A DNA stretch of 64,000 nt from an uncultured virus (IMG/VR IMGVR_UViG_3300008266_000126) (Duplodnaviria; Heunggongvirae; Uroviricota; Caudoviricetes). The notes under the pieces were generated by a model. That model was not told where the DNA came from, did no database searches, and worked only from the letters and a program-made list of their open reading frames with translations. Each line of letters begins with the position of its first letter. Positions within the stretch are counted from its first letter, which is position 1. Below, in pieces: positions 49,532 to 59,668 of the stretch. The position numbers were made by a program, and so were the translations under genes. Location of the stretch: IMG/VR virus record IMGVR_UViG_3300008266_000126; one strand, 5' to 3'.

Positions 49532-49811
49532 TTGACATCCTTATTCCCATATCTTTATCTGATCTTTTCCATGGTCCAAAAGCTGCAGGATGATTGCCTT
49601 CAACTCTAATAAAAGGTTTATTGGTTTCATTTTTATTAGGGTTAGGAATAGTTACCATTGTCTTTCTTCCTCTTGCCCATTGCTTAAGCTGAGCAGATAA
49701 CTTATCAGTATATGTACGATCGCGTCTCATAGCTTTAACTGTTTCTCTAGAAACACTTCCATACTTTCCTTTTGAAACGTATGTCTTTCTTTTACTAGCT
49801 GCCATAATCAA
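49524..49811 (-). CDS. Conserved phage hypothetical protein
   Basis: YVSKG; W..G....VTIPNPNKNETNKPFIRV. Confidence 0.75.
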   Translation of the reverse strand: MIMAASKRKTYVSKGKYGSVSRETVKAMRRDRTYTDKLSAQLKQWARGRKTMVTIPNPNKNETNKPFIRVEGNHPAAFGPWKRSDKDMGIRMSND

Positions 49812-50032
49812 TCATCCTCTGAAACTTCGGTTATTAATTTTTCTATAACACTCATACAAGCAATACACTTAAAGTATACCATACTTGCAGAAGGGTTTCT
49901 ACCGTTTAAAGCAAAGTTTGTGAGAACTAAGGATCTGTTACCTGAACCGCATTTAGGACAGTTACCAACCACTACAGGTACATTACTACCTGCCTCAGCA
50001 CAGACCCTTATTTGTTCATCACTTCTTTGCAT
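49808..50032 (-). CDS. Small zinc-ribbon protein
   Basis: CPKC...CIAC. Confidence 0.65.
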   Translation of the reverse strand: MQRSDEQIRVCAEAGSNVPVVVGNCPKCGSGNRSLVLTNFALNGRNPSASMVYFKCIACMSVIEKLITEVSEDD

Positions 50033-50255
50033 TCTTCTTTGTATTCTTTACTTTTGCCTTTGGAGCAGCTGCTTTTGCTTTTTTAGCTGGTTTTGCTTCA
50101 GCCTTGATAGCTTCTGCAATCTTTGTTTCTACTTCCTTAAGTTCTGGTGTAGAAGCAGTTGTAGTTTTTGCTTCTACCTTTGCGATTGTAGGAGGAGTAA
50201 CCTGTTCATCATTAGTTAAACCTATACCTAACAATTCTTTAATAAATGTCCACAT
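50019..50255 (-). CDS. Lys/Ala-rich small protein
   Basis: AGGAG RBS before MWTFIKELLG; histone-like tail. Confidence 0.6.
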   Translation of the reverse strand: MWTFIKELLGIGLTNDEQVTPPTIAKVEAKTTTASTPELKEVETKIAEAIKAEAKPAKKAKAAAPKAKVKNTKKNAKK

Positions 50256-50796
50256 TTTTAGTCTCCTGTTCATATCCATATTTACAAATAAAATAACTAT
50301 CAATTATATCAGAAGAAGGATTCCATTGCTTATCTGTTAATGCTAACTTCTTCTTGATATTATATCCAGTGTTTTCTTCAAACACGTCTTGTAGAAGTTG
50401 CTTGTTAGCGTTTCCTTTACCAGTAGCATACTTCTTTATCACTGTAGGAGGGACTATAGTATAATCATAGCACCTTCTAAACAGAAAGTGTTTAAGTAAA
50501 CCTGCATTCTCGGCTATATTAAACACCCTACCTGTCGATCCCATTGAGTATCCTTCCATGTACACTTTGGCATCTTCAGGAATCTTATTAATTGCCCACT
50601 TAGCAATATTAAAATATCTTTGCTCGTCACTGTAATGGTCATCATGTAACTCACCTTGTATATTATCAAAATCTATACTTAGTTTTTTATTATCCGTTAA
50701 ATAATAAAATTTGCACTTTGAGAAACCAAAATTTTTAGAATCACAAACACATACACATGGTGAAGTTAAACTATAATCAATCCCTACTATTATCAT
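50239..50796 (-). CDS. RuvC-like nuclease/resolvase
   Basis: GIDYSLTSP; EGYS; IAEN.G.LK; P..IKK.ATGKGNA.K; DIIDS. Confidence 0.8.
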   Translation of the reverse strand: MIIVGIDYSLTSPCVCVCDSKNFGFSKCKFYYLTDNKKLSIDFDNIQGELHDDHYSDEQRYFNIAKWAINKIPEDAKVYMEGYSMGSTGRVFNIAENAGLLKHFLFRRCYDYTIVPPTVIKKYATGKGNANKQLLQDVFEENTGYNIKKKLALTDKQWNPSSDIIDSYFICKYGYEQETKNVDIY

Positions 50797-51020
50797 TCAT
50801 CATCTTCATAATCATAATTATAATCGTCTTCGTCTTCTACACCCTCATCTTCTATATAGTTAGCTGCGACCTCATCAAAAATAAGATCAATATCTAATGC
50901 CTGTCTAAGATCTTCTTCACTGTAGGAGAGGCTTTCTAACATTCTATCGTACAAAATTCTACGGATATCGGTATTCTGTACAGTGCTGGAGATTATATCA
51001 ACAATTTGCTCCCAATCCAT
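50793..51020 (-). CDS. Acidic hypothetical protein
   Basis: Operon context. Confidence 0.65.
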   Translation of the reverse strand: MDWEQIVDIISSTVQNTDIRRILYDRMLESLSYSEEDLRQALDIDLIFDEVAANYIEDEGVEDEDDYNYDYEDDE

Positions 51021-51195
51021 TTCTCTTATCCTTTAGTTGTTCTATGATCGATTTTTTCTGATCATCTGTATATATACGCCATTCTTTTATTTGTTTTTTT
51101 GTCCTACCGCAGCCTATACAAAACTCTGCGGTAGGATCTAATTTACATATTTTTATGCAAGGTGTTAGAATAGTTCGCATCCGCCACCCACACAA
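50998..51195 (-). CDS. DUF1289-like Cys-rich protein (start uncertain)
   Basis: TPCIKICKLD....CIGCGRT..I..W. Confidence 0.8.
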   Translation of the reverse strand: MCGWRMRTILTPCIKICKLDPTAEFCIGCGRTKKQIKEWRIYTDDQKKSIIEQLKDKRNGLGANC

Positions 51196-53378
51196 GCAGC
51201 AGATCCAATAGTATCAACATCAATATACTTAACTTCTTTCAATTCATCTTCCCATTTAATATCTAGAATAGTCTGTTGGATCTTTTCCCACTTATGGAGT
51301 AGATATACATCCTTAAAGCAGTATTCAGCCTTCTTGATATCACCATTAAAGTAATTGGTAGCAAACTTTTTAAATCTACGAATCCAATCTTTCTTAAGAG
51401 TATTCTGATGATTATCTGCAGATAGATCTTCACCCCAGCCGTTTGCAGTCATACATGCAAGCCAAAGATTGTCAAATGACTTTAATGCTTCAACAATAAG
51501 ACCAGATGCCATGATTGCCCCTGCACCATATTTTTCAGTAAGCTGGGCTGCATTTAACACCTGAGTGTTTGGTGCTTGGAAGTAATCCTTATCACCTGTC
51601 ATTGGTAGAAATGAAATACCAGCAAAATAATCGCGATTTTTATATACATAATCTTCGATCTCATCCCAGTTGTCAACAATGACAGTATTAGAAACATTAT
51701 GACGTATGCCGGGATGAGCGCATCTTTCAATATTTGTTCCAGCATTGACCCAGAACTCCTGTGCTCTCTTAATCAAATCTAAATGCTTAATACCAATAAG
51801 ATCATCCTTGAAGATAGAACCTTCTTTAGCAACAACAGGGAAAGAAACTACGTAGTCAGTCTTACCTGCTGACCATGCAGACTCTTCTACCATGTTAGGA
51901 TTTATTCTCTTGATAAGCTTTGCAACTTCAGTATCTTTGTTTAACTGAATATTACGGATATACATTGGTGCATGATCAGCATGAATACCAGAAGCAGTCA
52001 TCAATAGGACAGAGGCATTCCCGGAAGGCTTAACACAAGTAGTACGAGCAGCAGGGTTAATCCCAAGTAATCCAGCCACTTCTCTATTTGTTTCTTTGAC
52101 AATTTCAGCTCCTTTTTGTAAAATCTTTTCATCAAAAAGTGTCTTTGGGTTATTCATCCAACCTGTAACTGATACTCCTAATAGTGCTTCACGATCAAAG
52201 ATAGCCTTTGATGTAGGTGAGAGGAATTTAAAGTCTGTATAACCTGCTTGTAGCGTACCTAGGATAGCAGCTGCACGACATGCCTTGTAGAATGTTTCTT
52301 CATTATCACATTGACCGCCATTGATCTCAGTTAGGTTACAGCCTTGCCAGCCTGACTTACCCTCAATCTGAGGATACATTCCGATTTCAACACATGGATT
52401 AGTTGTAATATCTTTATCGTCAACAAAGAAGAAGCCTGGTTCACCAAACTGCTTAATTGATGTCATAAGAGATGCAAATTGTTCTTTAGTTATTTCGTTG
52501 CGAACAATAACAGCACTATTGTTAGAACGACCACGCTGTGGATTATCAATATACCAATTACCAGTCTTAGCAGATGCCATCTCTTGATCGTCTGCAGAGA
52601 AAAGACAGATAGTAGCAGAACGGCGGACCCCGCCAGAGAGAACTGCATCAGCAGCATGCATAACAATATCGTAAACATGGATTGGTCTCAGTGTTGTTGA
52701 TTTTTCGTTAAGAGTGAGTCCGGTTAAAATATATTCAATACGGTCTAGTGAACGACGTAAAGGTTCTGAACCTGGCGCTTTAAACCCACCAGAGATCTTC
52801 GCACCCTTTGGACGAATCATAGAGAGGTCAAATGCTACCTTACGACCTGCATACTCTGGATATTTACCACCATTCTCAAAGAATGAAGACATAAGAACGT
52901 CTAGTGCAGTTGCCCATCCTTCAATACTATCTTCTACTGTGTGAAGCTTTGGTGCTTTTGTGCGGTTGACAATCTTAGGTAGTTTACCAACGTGATGTGA
53001 TTGAACTGAGAAACCAGCACCTGCACCACAAAGAAGAATATAGAATACTTCACCGAAGAACTCTGGACGATCAGCATATGAAGAAGTACAATTATACATT
53101 TTCATCTGATGACGAATAAGTTGTTCACCACCGAACTGCAATGCACGTTGTGCACCTAGAACGAGTTTTTGTTTATATGCAGCTGCAGCCTCATCCATAA
53201 ATGCCATTAACTTAGATGACATTTTATCTGCATAGAAACCAGAATGCATTTTCATAACACGGTCAACAGCCTCTGACCAAGTTTCGTATCTACCTTCATC
53301 TTCTTTAAAACGAGCATACCCCTCGTAGAACTTAGCATCTGAAAGTAATTTTTTAGTATCTTTATAAGCTGCGACCAT
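51165..53378 (-). CDS. nrdJ: Ribonucleotide reductase, class II (adenosylcobalamin, monomeric RTPR-like)
   Basis: YNC, GGVRRSA, TNPCVEI, CNLTE, CVKPSG, GISFLP...YFQAP, C-terminal CVGGGC; no nrdB in the window. Confidence 0.8.
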   Translation of the reverse strand: MVAAYKDTKKLLSDAKFYEGYARFKEDEGRYETWSEAVDRVMKMHSGFYADKMSSKLMAFMDEAAAAYKQKLVLGAQRALQFGGEQLIRHQMKMYNCTSSYADRPEFFGEVFYILLCGAGAGFSVQSHHVGKLPKIVNRTKAPKLHTVEDSIEGWATALDVLMSSFFENGGKYPEYAGRKVAFDLSMIRPKGAKISGGFKAPGSEPLRRSLDRIEYILTGLTLNEKSTTLRPIHVYDIVMHAADAVLSGGVRRSATICLFSADDQEMASAKTGNWYIDNPQRGRSNNSAVIVRNEITKEQFASLMTSIKQFGEPGFFFVDDKDITTNPCVEIGMYPQIEGKSGWQGCNLTEINGGQCDNEETFYKACRAAAILGTLQAGYTDFKFLSPTSKAIFDREALLGVSVTGWMNNPKTLFDEKILQKGAEIVKETNREVAGLLGINPAARTTCVKPSGNASVLLMTASGIHADHAPMYIRNIQLNKDTEVAKLIKRINPNMVEESAWSAGKTDYVVSFPVVAKEGSIFKDDLIGIKHLDLIKRAQEFWVNAGTNIERCAHPGIRHNVSNTVIVDNWDEIEDYVYKNRDYFAGISFLPMTGDKDYFQAPNTQVLNAAQLTEKYGAGAIMASGLIVEALKSFDNLWLACMTANGWGEDLSADNHQNTLKKDWIRRFKKFATNYFNGDIKKAEYCFKDVYLLHKWEKIQQTILDIKWEDELKEVKYIDVDTIGSAACVGGGCELF

Positions 53379-53379
53379 T

Positions 53380-53544
53380 TTAGACCTCTTTTTGTTCTTC
53401 TTTTTTCTTTAAAATAACTCTACCTTCTTCAATAATCCATTCAAGCTTAGTCTCAAGATTCCAACCAAGCTCGTTAATTAATTCTTCTGGTAATTCTATA
53501 TACAATTCGTTATCAATATCTTGTTTGATTTCTCTAATATACAT
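53380..53544 (-). CDS. AbrB/MazE/SpoVT-like small DNA-binding protein
   Basis: Not in the track. MYIREIKQDIDNELYIELPEELINELGWNLETKLEWIIEEGRVILKK. Confidence 0.7.
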   Translation of the reverse strand: MYIREIKQDIDNELYIELPEELINELGWNLETKLEWIIEEGRVILKKKEEQKEV

Positions 53545-53546
53545 GA

Positions 53547-54131
53547 TTAAGCTCTTTTGTAAAAAGCTGTATTAAATGCAATTGAGATTCTATCTTCACC
53601 TGATAGATTTTGTGTTACTTCATGTTCAATCCAGCTAGGAAATATTACAAGCTGACCTACCTGTGGTGATATATTCCATTTAGAGCAATTTTGCTCATTA
53701 TACGATTTTAATACATCTCTAGGTGTAAACAAGGGTTGTAGATTAGATGGATGCTTAAGTACTAAATCACCTGAATATTCCGGTACCTTGATATAATACA
53801 CACCTGACATGTAAGAATCTGGGTGAATATGTGGTGCATTATAACTATATTGATGATTAATATTAACCCACATACTTTCTATTTTAAGATCTAGTTCATC
53901 TTTATAGTTTATATTAATTCGTAAAGCATCTAATCTCGAATTAATTTCCTCAACCAAGAGTTGCACTTCTGGCATTTCATCTATAAAATCACTTTGCCAT
54001 CCACCTCTATTAGTATATTTTCTGCCATCGGTTGTTCTTTGCAATTCTTGTGCAAATATTTCTAAACCAGTATTATCAATTTCTAATGTATCTACACACA
54101 GCAGACTAGAAAATATATTATGAAGATACAT
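53547..54131 (-). CDS. 2OG-Fe(II) oxygenase (TIGR02466-like)
   Basis: GGWQS; WVNIN; HIH...SGVYY; FPSW..HEV; RISIAFN. Confidence 0.88.
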   Translation of the reverse strand: MYLHNIFSSLLCVDTLEIDNTGLEIFAQELQRTTDGRKYTNRGGWQSDFIDEMPEVQLLVEEINSRLDALRININYKDELDLKIESMWVNINHQYSYNAPHIHPDSYMSGVYYIKVPEYSGDLVLKHPSNLQPLFTPRDVLKSYNEQNCSKWNISPQVGQLVIFPSWIEHEVTQNLSGEDRISIAFNTAFYKRA

Positions 54132-55177
54132 TAGACTTTACTCCACTGTTGTAGTCTCATCTTTGCAGCAAGACCTGAAAACGTATTAGAATCAATAATA
54201 GATTGAATAGCAGGACCAGATAGACCCTGCTTTAAAACCATATCATTTATATCTTTGTATTCAATAAATTCTGGCCAGATACAGACATTATAGCCTTGAT
54301 CCACGGCTTTTGAAATCTTCTTAACAATTTCTTTGTTTCGTGGTTCATTATCATATACTACTACTATTTTATCTCTATCTGTTATATTATTCAAGTTAAT
54401 ATCAGAGCCTGCCATTGCAATACAATTATCTAAGAAAAGACTATCAATTGGACCTTCAACTACGTAGACCTTTTTAGTCTTATCGATAGAATCTAGTCCA
54501 AATACCTTTTCTTTTGTCTCGTCTAAGATAATTGTAGAATAACGCATGTTCGTGGTCTTACTAAGCGATCTACCAGTAAAACCGAAAACATAACCCTTTG
54601 AATCAATGAATGGGAAAACTATACGTGGCTCATCAAGTGCTAATGCTTTTTCGCTAAACTTGCCTGGCAGTATCGAGTTTACCCAGTAGTAGTATGTAGG
54701 CGAGTAGTAAATTCGATAATGAGTATTCGGAGGAATTTTTCTCTCTTGTACATAGATTTTTGCTGGGTGATTAGGTTTTAACTGTGAAATCTTAGATAAT
54801 TCTTTAAAAGGATCAAAAGAATCTATACGCCTGCTAGAGAATTTCTCGATAGCAGGTACGAAAAAATTATCTATGTTGTTATTTGCACCACCCGTCTCTT
54901 TTAAAACTTCCAACCGGTATTCGGTATGTAAGGTGGTATTCTGAGATTTCATAAAGTTATTTAAAGTGGTACTAGCACCACAGTTAAAACACTTGAAGTT
55001 AATATGACCTTTATGTTCATAGAAATGTCCACGTGTTTTAAAACGATTAGTGGCAGAATCACCACATAACGGACATCTAAACTGTGCAATATAAGGTTTA
55101 GTTTTCTTTACTTTAAACTGCTGTAATTGCGTTCCAAGTAATGAAGCGTATTTTTGATCAATCCACAATGTACTCAT
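54131..55177 (-). CDS. gp61: DNA primase gp61
   Basis: FRCPLCGDS...KCFNCG; VVEGPIDS; DNEPRN; KDINDM. Confidence 0.96.
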   Translation of the reverse strand: MSTLWIDQKYASLLGTQLQQFKVKKTKPYIAQFRCPLCGDSATNRFKTRGHFYEHKGHINFKCFNCGASTTLNNFMKSQNTTLHTEYRLEVLKETGGANNNIDNFFVPAIEKFSSRRIDSFDPFKELSKISQLKPNHPAKIYVQERKIPPNTHYRIYYSPTYYYWVNSILPGKFSEKALALDEPRIVFPFIDSKGYVFGFTGRSLSKTTNMRYSTIILDETKEKVFGLDSIDKTKKVYVVEGPIDSLFLDNCIAMAGSDINLNNITDRDKIVVVYDNEPRNKEIVKKISKAVDQGYNVCIWPEFIEYKDINDMVLKQGLSGPAIQSIIDSNTFSGLAAKMRLQQWSKV

Positions 55178-55206
55178 TATTACTATTCCTTTGATGGGAC
55201 AGTAGT

Positions 55207-55234
55207 ATTATAGAGTAACTATAGAGAAATGCAA
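55207..55234 (-). promoter_or_regulatory. Sigma70-like promoter for the primase operon
   Basis: TTGCAT-16-TATAAT. Confidence 0.6.
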
Positions 55235-55237
55235 CTG

Positions 55238-55516
55238 TTATTTTTGTTCGTTGACAGTTTTTTCTGCATCATCGTAAAACTGCTTAACTGCATCAAGTTT
55301 TTGTTTGCAGGTTACATTATTCTTTTGCAGTTTTAGGATAAGAGCTCCAACTTGTTTATTAGTCAAAGTATCAGCTTTAGGAAACTTAGTTTCTACCGGG
55401 CATGTATACATATCATCTGGTGCTTTAACAATTTTATATTCTGGTGCTAGTAATTGTACAGCTGTCTGTGAACATCCGGTTAATAATAATGGAAATAATA
55501 AAATTAATCTTTTCAT
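55238..55516 (-). CDS. o-spanin-like outer-membrane lipoprotein
   Basis: Signal peptide with LTGC lipobox; P...M..CP; N..C. Confidence 0.75.
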   Translation of the reverse strand: MKRLILLFPLLLTGCSQTAVQLLAPEYKIVKAPDDMYTCPVETKFPKADTLTNKQVGALILKLQKNNVTCKQKLDAVKQFYDDAEKTVNEQK

Positions 55517-55917
55517 TTCTTTTTCTCACCATAAGCTGCATCTAGCTGTTTTACAATACTCTTAAGGTATGGAACTGCATCATCTGATACTGGTGCAGTT
55601 GTAGGAGTCTTTGGTTTTGACTCTTCATCTGCTTTCTTTTCAATTTCATCTAGTTGTTTCTTTGCATCAGCTTCTTGCTGTGCAATAATTTCTCTTATAC
55701 GATCAGCATTAGTTTTGATAGTTTCTGTCTTTTCCTTGAACTCTTCTTCTTTTTTGTTGAAGAGTTCTTGCTGCATCATATTAAACTTCTCGGTAGCCTC
55801 ATTCCATAAATTATGATCATGAATTGCTAACCAGGTAAAGAAAGAGCTGGATAGTAAAACTACTATACCAATTATCTGCCCTATTCTATTACCCATAAAG
55901 AAACTTAAGAATGCCAT
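55513..55917 (-). CDS. i-spanin-like protein
   Basis: N-terminal TM plus coiled coil; overlaps the lipoprotein gene. Confidence 0.7.
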   Translation of the reverse strand: MAFLSFFMGNRIGQIIGIVVLLSSSFFTWLAIHDHNLWNEATEKFNMMQQELFNKKEEEFKEKTETIKTNADRIREIIAQQEADAKKQLDEIEKKADEESKPKTPTTAPVSDDAVPYLKSIVKQLDAAYGEKKK

Positions 55918-56678
55918 TATTTTTCCTTAGATATTTTCTCGATATAATTTGCATATTCTGTTATACTATGATCAGCAAAGTTATCAATCTTACCTTTTTT
56001 AAGACCATCTCTCATTCCTCTAAAACGATCTTTTATTCTTTGCCATCCAGTAGGATTTCTTAACTTACCATATGCATTAAGATAATGTTCAGTACCGTGG
56101 TGCTTGTAACCCATAATGGTAAATGGCACTCTTGTAACGATATCGTTATTATTAACCCATCTATGATGTTTTACACCCAATGAGTTAGCATATTTTGGCC
56201 AACCAACTCTTGGTGAACCATATGTGTAGAGTTCTTCCGGGTCTGCTAATGACTTATCAAATAGACATCTGCTCGCCATAATAGTTGCCATTGCAGCACC
56301 TAGTGAATGACCACAGAACCAAAGTGTAGTGGATGAATCAAGACTTTGAATATCTTCTTTTACCAGTGGCCAAAGATCATCAACTTCCTTCTTAAATCCT
56401 TTATGAACTCTTGAAACTGTTTCTGATATTACAGGCCATGCACGAAGATCTGCTTTAATATCGTTCCATTGAGTAGGTTGTGTACCACGGCAGGATATTA
56501 CACAATCTGTTTTGTTTTGAAATCTATAACTTTGTGCACCATCTACATCATAATATTCTACTTGATCGAATCCAAGCTTCTTAGCTTCTTTAGTAACCTT
56601 CTTTTGATCTAAGTAAGATATTTCGGAAAGACGTGCAAACAATAAACTACGTTGAATAAAGTCTAGATCTTTTATCAT
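55917..56678 (-). CDS. Lipase class 3 (alpha/beta hydrolase)
   Basis: RGT, VHKGF, GHSLGAA, YTYGSPRVG, NNDIVTRVP, DH. Confidence 0.92.
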   Translation of the reverse strand: MIKDLDFIQRSLLFARLSEISYLDQKKVTKEAKKLGFDQVEYYDVDGAQSYRFQNKTDCVISCRGTQPTQWNDIKADLRAWPVISETVSRVHKGFKKEVDDLWPLVKEDIQSLDSSTTLWFCGHSLGAAMATIMASRCLFDKSLADPEELYTYGSPRVGWPKYANSLGVKHHRWVNNNDIVTRVPFTIMGYKHHGTEHYLNAYGKLRNPTGWQRIKDRFRGMRDGLKKGKIDNFADHSITEYANYIEKISKEK

Positions 56679-56684
56679 AGTGTA

Positions 56685-57182
56685 TTACCTACGTAATATT
56701 GGCGCCAATATAATATTTCTTCTTTTATACTTTCTAGCCGCTTTTACAGGAACACCTAGTGTGTCTGGTGTAAGCCCAGCAATACCTGCTACTGTATTGA
56801 CTGGAGCATGATCTTCTGCAAGTTCTGCTAATCTTAATTCTTCCATAGTAGTCTTAAGTTGATCTTCTAAACCAAACATACCATTAATAAATGTTTCTTC
56901 ATTCATTTTCTTAATAGGAGCAGTTCTGAGAAGTAACAAAGCTGCTGCCATAGTAGCTATTCTTGTACTACCACCTGGGACTTTAGCAATAAGTTTTTTT
57001 AAATTAATTACCATAGTATCAAAAAATCCCAATGCTTTCTTATCATCAGGAGAAAAATACTTTCTATCTCTTAGAAAATTACCCTTGTCATCAATAAGAC
57101 CTCTGTCATATGCTGGCATCTTATCAAAAGGTGTAATAAGTTTTTTAATGAATTGATATACTAAAAATGTATCAACTACCAT
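56685..57182 (-). CDS. Conserved T4-like hypothetical protein
   Basis: D....Y.FIK.L.TPF....AY..G.ID..G..L; NLKK....PGG...AAAL.L. Confidence 0.75.
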   Translation of the reverse strand: MVVDTFLVYQFIKKLITPFDKMPAYDRGLIDDKGNFLRDRKYFSPDDKKALGFFDTMVINLKKLIAKVPGGSTRIATMAAALLLLRTAPIKKMNEETFINGMFGLEDQLKTTMEELRLAELAEDHAPVNTVAGIAGLTPDTLGVPVKAARKYKRRNIILAPILRR

Positions 57183-57574
57183 CAGATTTTCCTTAGTTCG
57201 TTTAGTATTCTTTCATCTACTACAATATCTTTAGTATTTATTGTTCTATTTTCAACACCAATATTCTGTATAGTTTCTGGTAAAAGGTTTAGAAAAACTA
57301 GAAAGGATTTAAGTTGAGATTCCATTCCTTTACACTTTAAAAAGAGCATTTTTACTGTGGCTTGTGGACCAAAAACGTTGCATAATATAGTAATATGGTT
57401 TAAAATAAGACGTTCTTTCAAATCACCTTCTTCAACGTATCTATTAAGAAGTCTCTTAATATACTTAATTCTCTTTAGATCATCATAGAATTCTACAGTA
57501 TCATAGCACTGTGGATTATCGTAGTGTCTAGCAGCAAATAATAAAAAATTAAATTCGTCAAGTTTATCAATCAT
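57182..57574 (-). CDS. Conserved T4-like hypothetical protein
   Basis: NFLLFA..HYDNPQC...EF.DDLKR.KYIKRL..RY...G.LKERLILNH. Confidence 0.85.
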   Translation of the reverse strand: MIDKLDEFNFLLFAARHYDNPQCYDTVEFYDDLKRIKYIKRLLNRYVEEGDLKERLILNHITILCNVFGPQATVKMLFLKCKGMESQLKSFLVFLNLLPETIQNIGVENRTINTKDIVVDERILNELRKI

Positions 57575-57577
57575 ATA

Positions 57578-58729
57578 TTAGAAATCGCTTAATGCTACTT
57601 TTTTCCAACTATTAGTTCCAACACATATGTAAATATTATTACTATCCCAGCTGGCTTGACCTGCAATACCTACAGAGTTATTAGCTTTAGTAGCTAAGGG
57701 TAGTATAAACGATATAGAAGTATTAACAGATACAGCAGTAGAATTAATTACCATTTTAGAATCTACATTGGTAGTACCACCAGCATGTAATATTAATGAA
57801 GTACCTGTATTTGCAGTACCGATAGTTAGATCACCACCTTTATTATAAACATAAGAATCATTAGGACCACCTATGCTATAACTGGAATTACTATAATTAC
57901 TACTATTAATACCTATATCAATATAAGGACCTGCATCACCATCTATATCACCTATATCATTATACATAACTACATCTGTAGATGCATTATTACTTGCACT
58001 AGCATTTTTAACTGCTACTTGCGCGTAAGTGTCAACTGATGTATAAAATATAGGTACAGCTCTTTGTGTGTTAATATGACGCCATACTGACCCATCAAAA
58101 ATCCACTCATCGCCAGCACCCTTTCCAATTAAATCATATGTAGAAACAAAAGTGCCTGTTACTGGGTTTTCAATATAATTGCTACCGTATGCGTTACCGG
58201 AAAAAGTAGTAACTTTTACTTTATATTGACCACCATCATTAATATTTTTTATAAAATAACTTTTACCGGAGATTGCAGCAGGTGAAGATGCACTATCTGG
58301 TAAAATTATTCTTATATCTTGACTTATATTATTAGGGTCAGCAAATACAATATAATCATGTTTTTCTGCAAGATAAGTGTTAGAGGAATTAACAAGAGTA
58401 TAGTCTTGCACACCAGAAAAAGCTGACCATATTGCACTATTGACTTGATCATCCCAACTTAACAAGTAACCTTCATTTGTGTTTGAAGAAGGTAAAATAG
58501 AAAGTGTGTTTGCAGATAAAACACCGTTAGAGATAGTTAATCCATCACCAACTTTTATAGTACCTCTAACTGTACTGTTAGCGTAATTTAAACTATTAGT
58601 TACACTGGTAGCAAAATTAGTAAGTGTAACTTTATTAGTAGAGGGTGACCCACCTGGATCATGAACTACCATTAGTAGGTCTGTATTAGCAACGCTTGTT
58701 ATAGCGTTTAGTTCTGAAATCTTAGGCAT
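57578..58729 (-). CDS. Virion fibre/decoration protein
   Basis: KISEL.A......DL..V N-terminus; G..GQ..WD.N.IY.C...N.WKKVAL C-terminus. Confidence 0.7.
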   Translation of the reverse strand: MPKISELNAITSVANTDLLMVVHDPGGSPSTNKVTLTNFATSVTNSLNYANSTVRGTIKVGDGLTISNGVLSANTLSILPSSNTNEGYLLSWDDQVNSAIWSAFSGVQDYTLVNSSNTYLAEKHDYIVFADPNNISQDIRIILPDSASSPAAISGKSYFIKNINDGGQYKVKVTTFSGNAYGSNYIENPVTGTFVSTYDLIGKGAGDEWIFDGSVWRHINTQRAVPIFYTSVDTYAQVAVKNASASNNASTDVVMYNDIGDIDGDAGPYIDIGINSSNYSNSSYSIGGPNDSYVYNKGGDLTIGTANTGTSLILHAGGTTNVDSKMVINSTAVSVNTSISFILPLATKANNSVGIAGQASWDSNNIYICVGTNSWKKVALSDF

Positions 58730-58751
58730 TAGTCACCCTCTATATTAGTTA

Positions 58752-59594
58752 TCAAGAATCAGGAAGTACTGAATCTTCGCCGTCACCAGACATTGAGCCC
58801 ATTGCAACTAGTGTTTCATACTGAACACGTCCAGCACGGTTACCAGAACCTACTGTACGTACTACCCAACCAGCGTGTGCAATACCCTTATTGCTACCAC
58901 CACCAACAACGGCTGCACCTGTTGCTGTATCACCTTGTAGAGTGTGACCAGTTTCTGTTAGACCCTTTGTAAGCGTGATTCTTGAACCACCTGAAGTAGT
59001 AGCAAGTGCTACAACAGTTGAATTTGCAAACTGAATGTAGTACTTAGTGCCTGATGTAAGACCACCAACTGCTGTATTACCAGATGCTACAGTATAAGTT
59101 ACAGGATCGCCTGCAACAAATGCACCAGCAGAACCTAATGCAATAGTACTATTTGCACCACCACCAGTACCACCAGTTACTGCAGAGTTAGCATTAAAAG
59201 TATTTGCAGTTGGAGCAGCAAAAGTAATAGAAGGATTAGTTTCATAAGATGAACCAGCATTGCTGATATTTGATCCACCAATCTTACCAGTATTGTTTGC
59301 TGTACCAGTAGCTGCAGCACTTGAACCGCCACCACCTGTGAAAGTAACAGTAGAGTTAGAAGTATAACCAGAACCTGCATTAGTTACAATAATCTGAATA
59401 ACACCACCAGAACCAACACCAATTTCTGTAGTATCAACACCAAATTGACCTACTGTTAATCCGCTAACAATAGCATCGGCTGTTACGTTACCAAATAGAG
59501 CAGTTCTATTTGAAGAATTAGGTGCAAGATTAAATCCTGTACCTGCCCACAGCACTGAATTTGCTGCTGAGTCGTCGTTTTTCCATTGTGACAT
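58752..59594 (-). CDS. Virion structural protein
   Basis: Gly/Thr-rich; NAGSGYT repeats; AHAGWV...RVQYETLVAM; AAGGAG RBS and late promoter. Confidence 0.75.
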   Translation of the reverse strand: MSQWKNDDSAANSVLWAGTGFNLAPNSSNRTALFGNVTADAIVSGLTVGQFGVDTTEIGVGSGGVIQIIVTNAGSGYTSNSTVTFTGGGGSSAAATGTANNTGKIGGSNISNAGSSYETNPSITFAAPTANTFNANSAVTGGTGGGANSTIALGSAGAFVAGDPVTYTVASGNTAVGGLTSGTKYYIQFANSTVVALATTSGGSRITLTKGLTETGHTLQGDTATGAAVVGGGSNKGIAHAGWVVRTVGSGNRAGRVQYETLVAMGSMSGDGEDSVLPDS

Positions 59595-59635
59595 TTGATT
59601 TTCTCCTTTGAGTAGAATTACAGACTTCTACCCAG

Positions 59636-59643
59636 TATTTATG
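59636..59643 (-). promoter_or_regulatory. Late promoter variant CATAAATA
   Basis: Intergenic, upstream of a structural gene. Confidence 0.6.
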
Positions 59644-59668
59644 GATTCTATAGTATCTAATGTACTAA

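Noticed and set aside
51165..55177. Introns, inteins or homing endonucleases in the RNR or primase genes
   Set aside because: Both ORFs are continuous and of ordinary length, with no such motifs.
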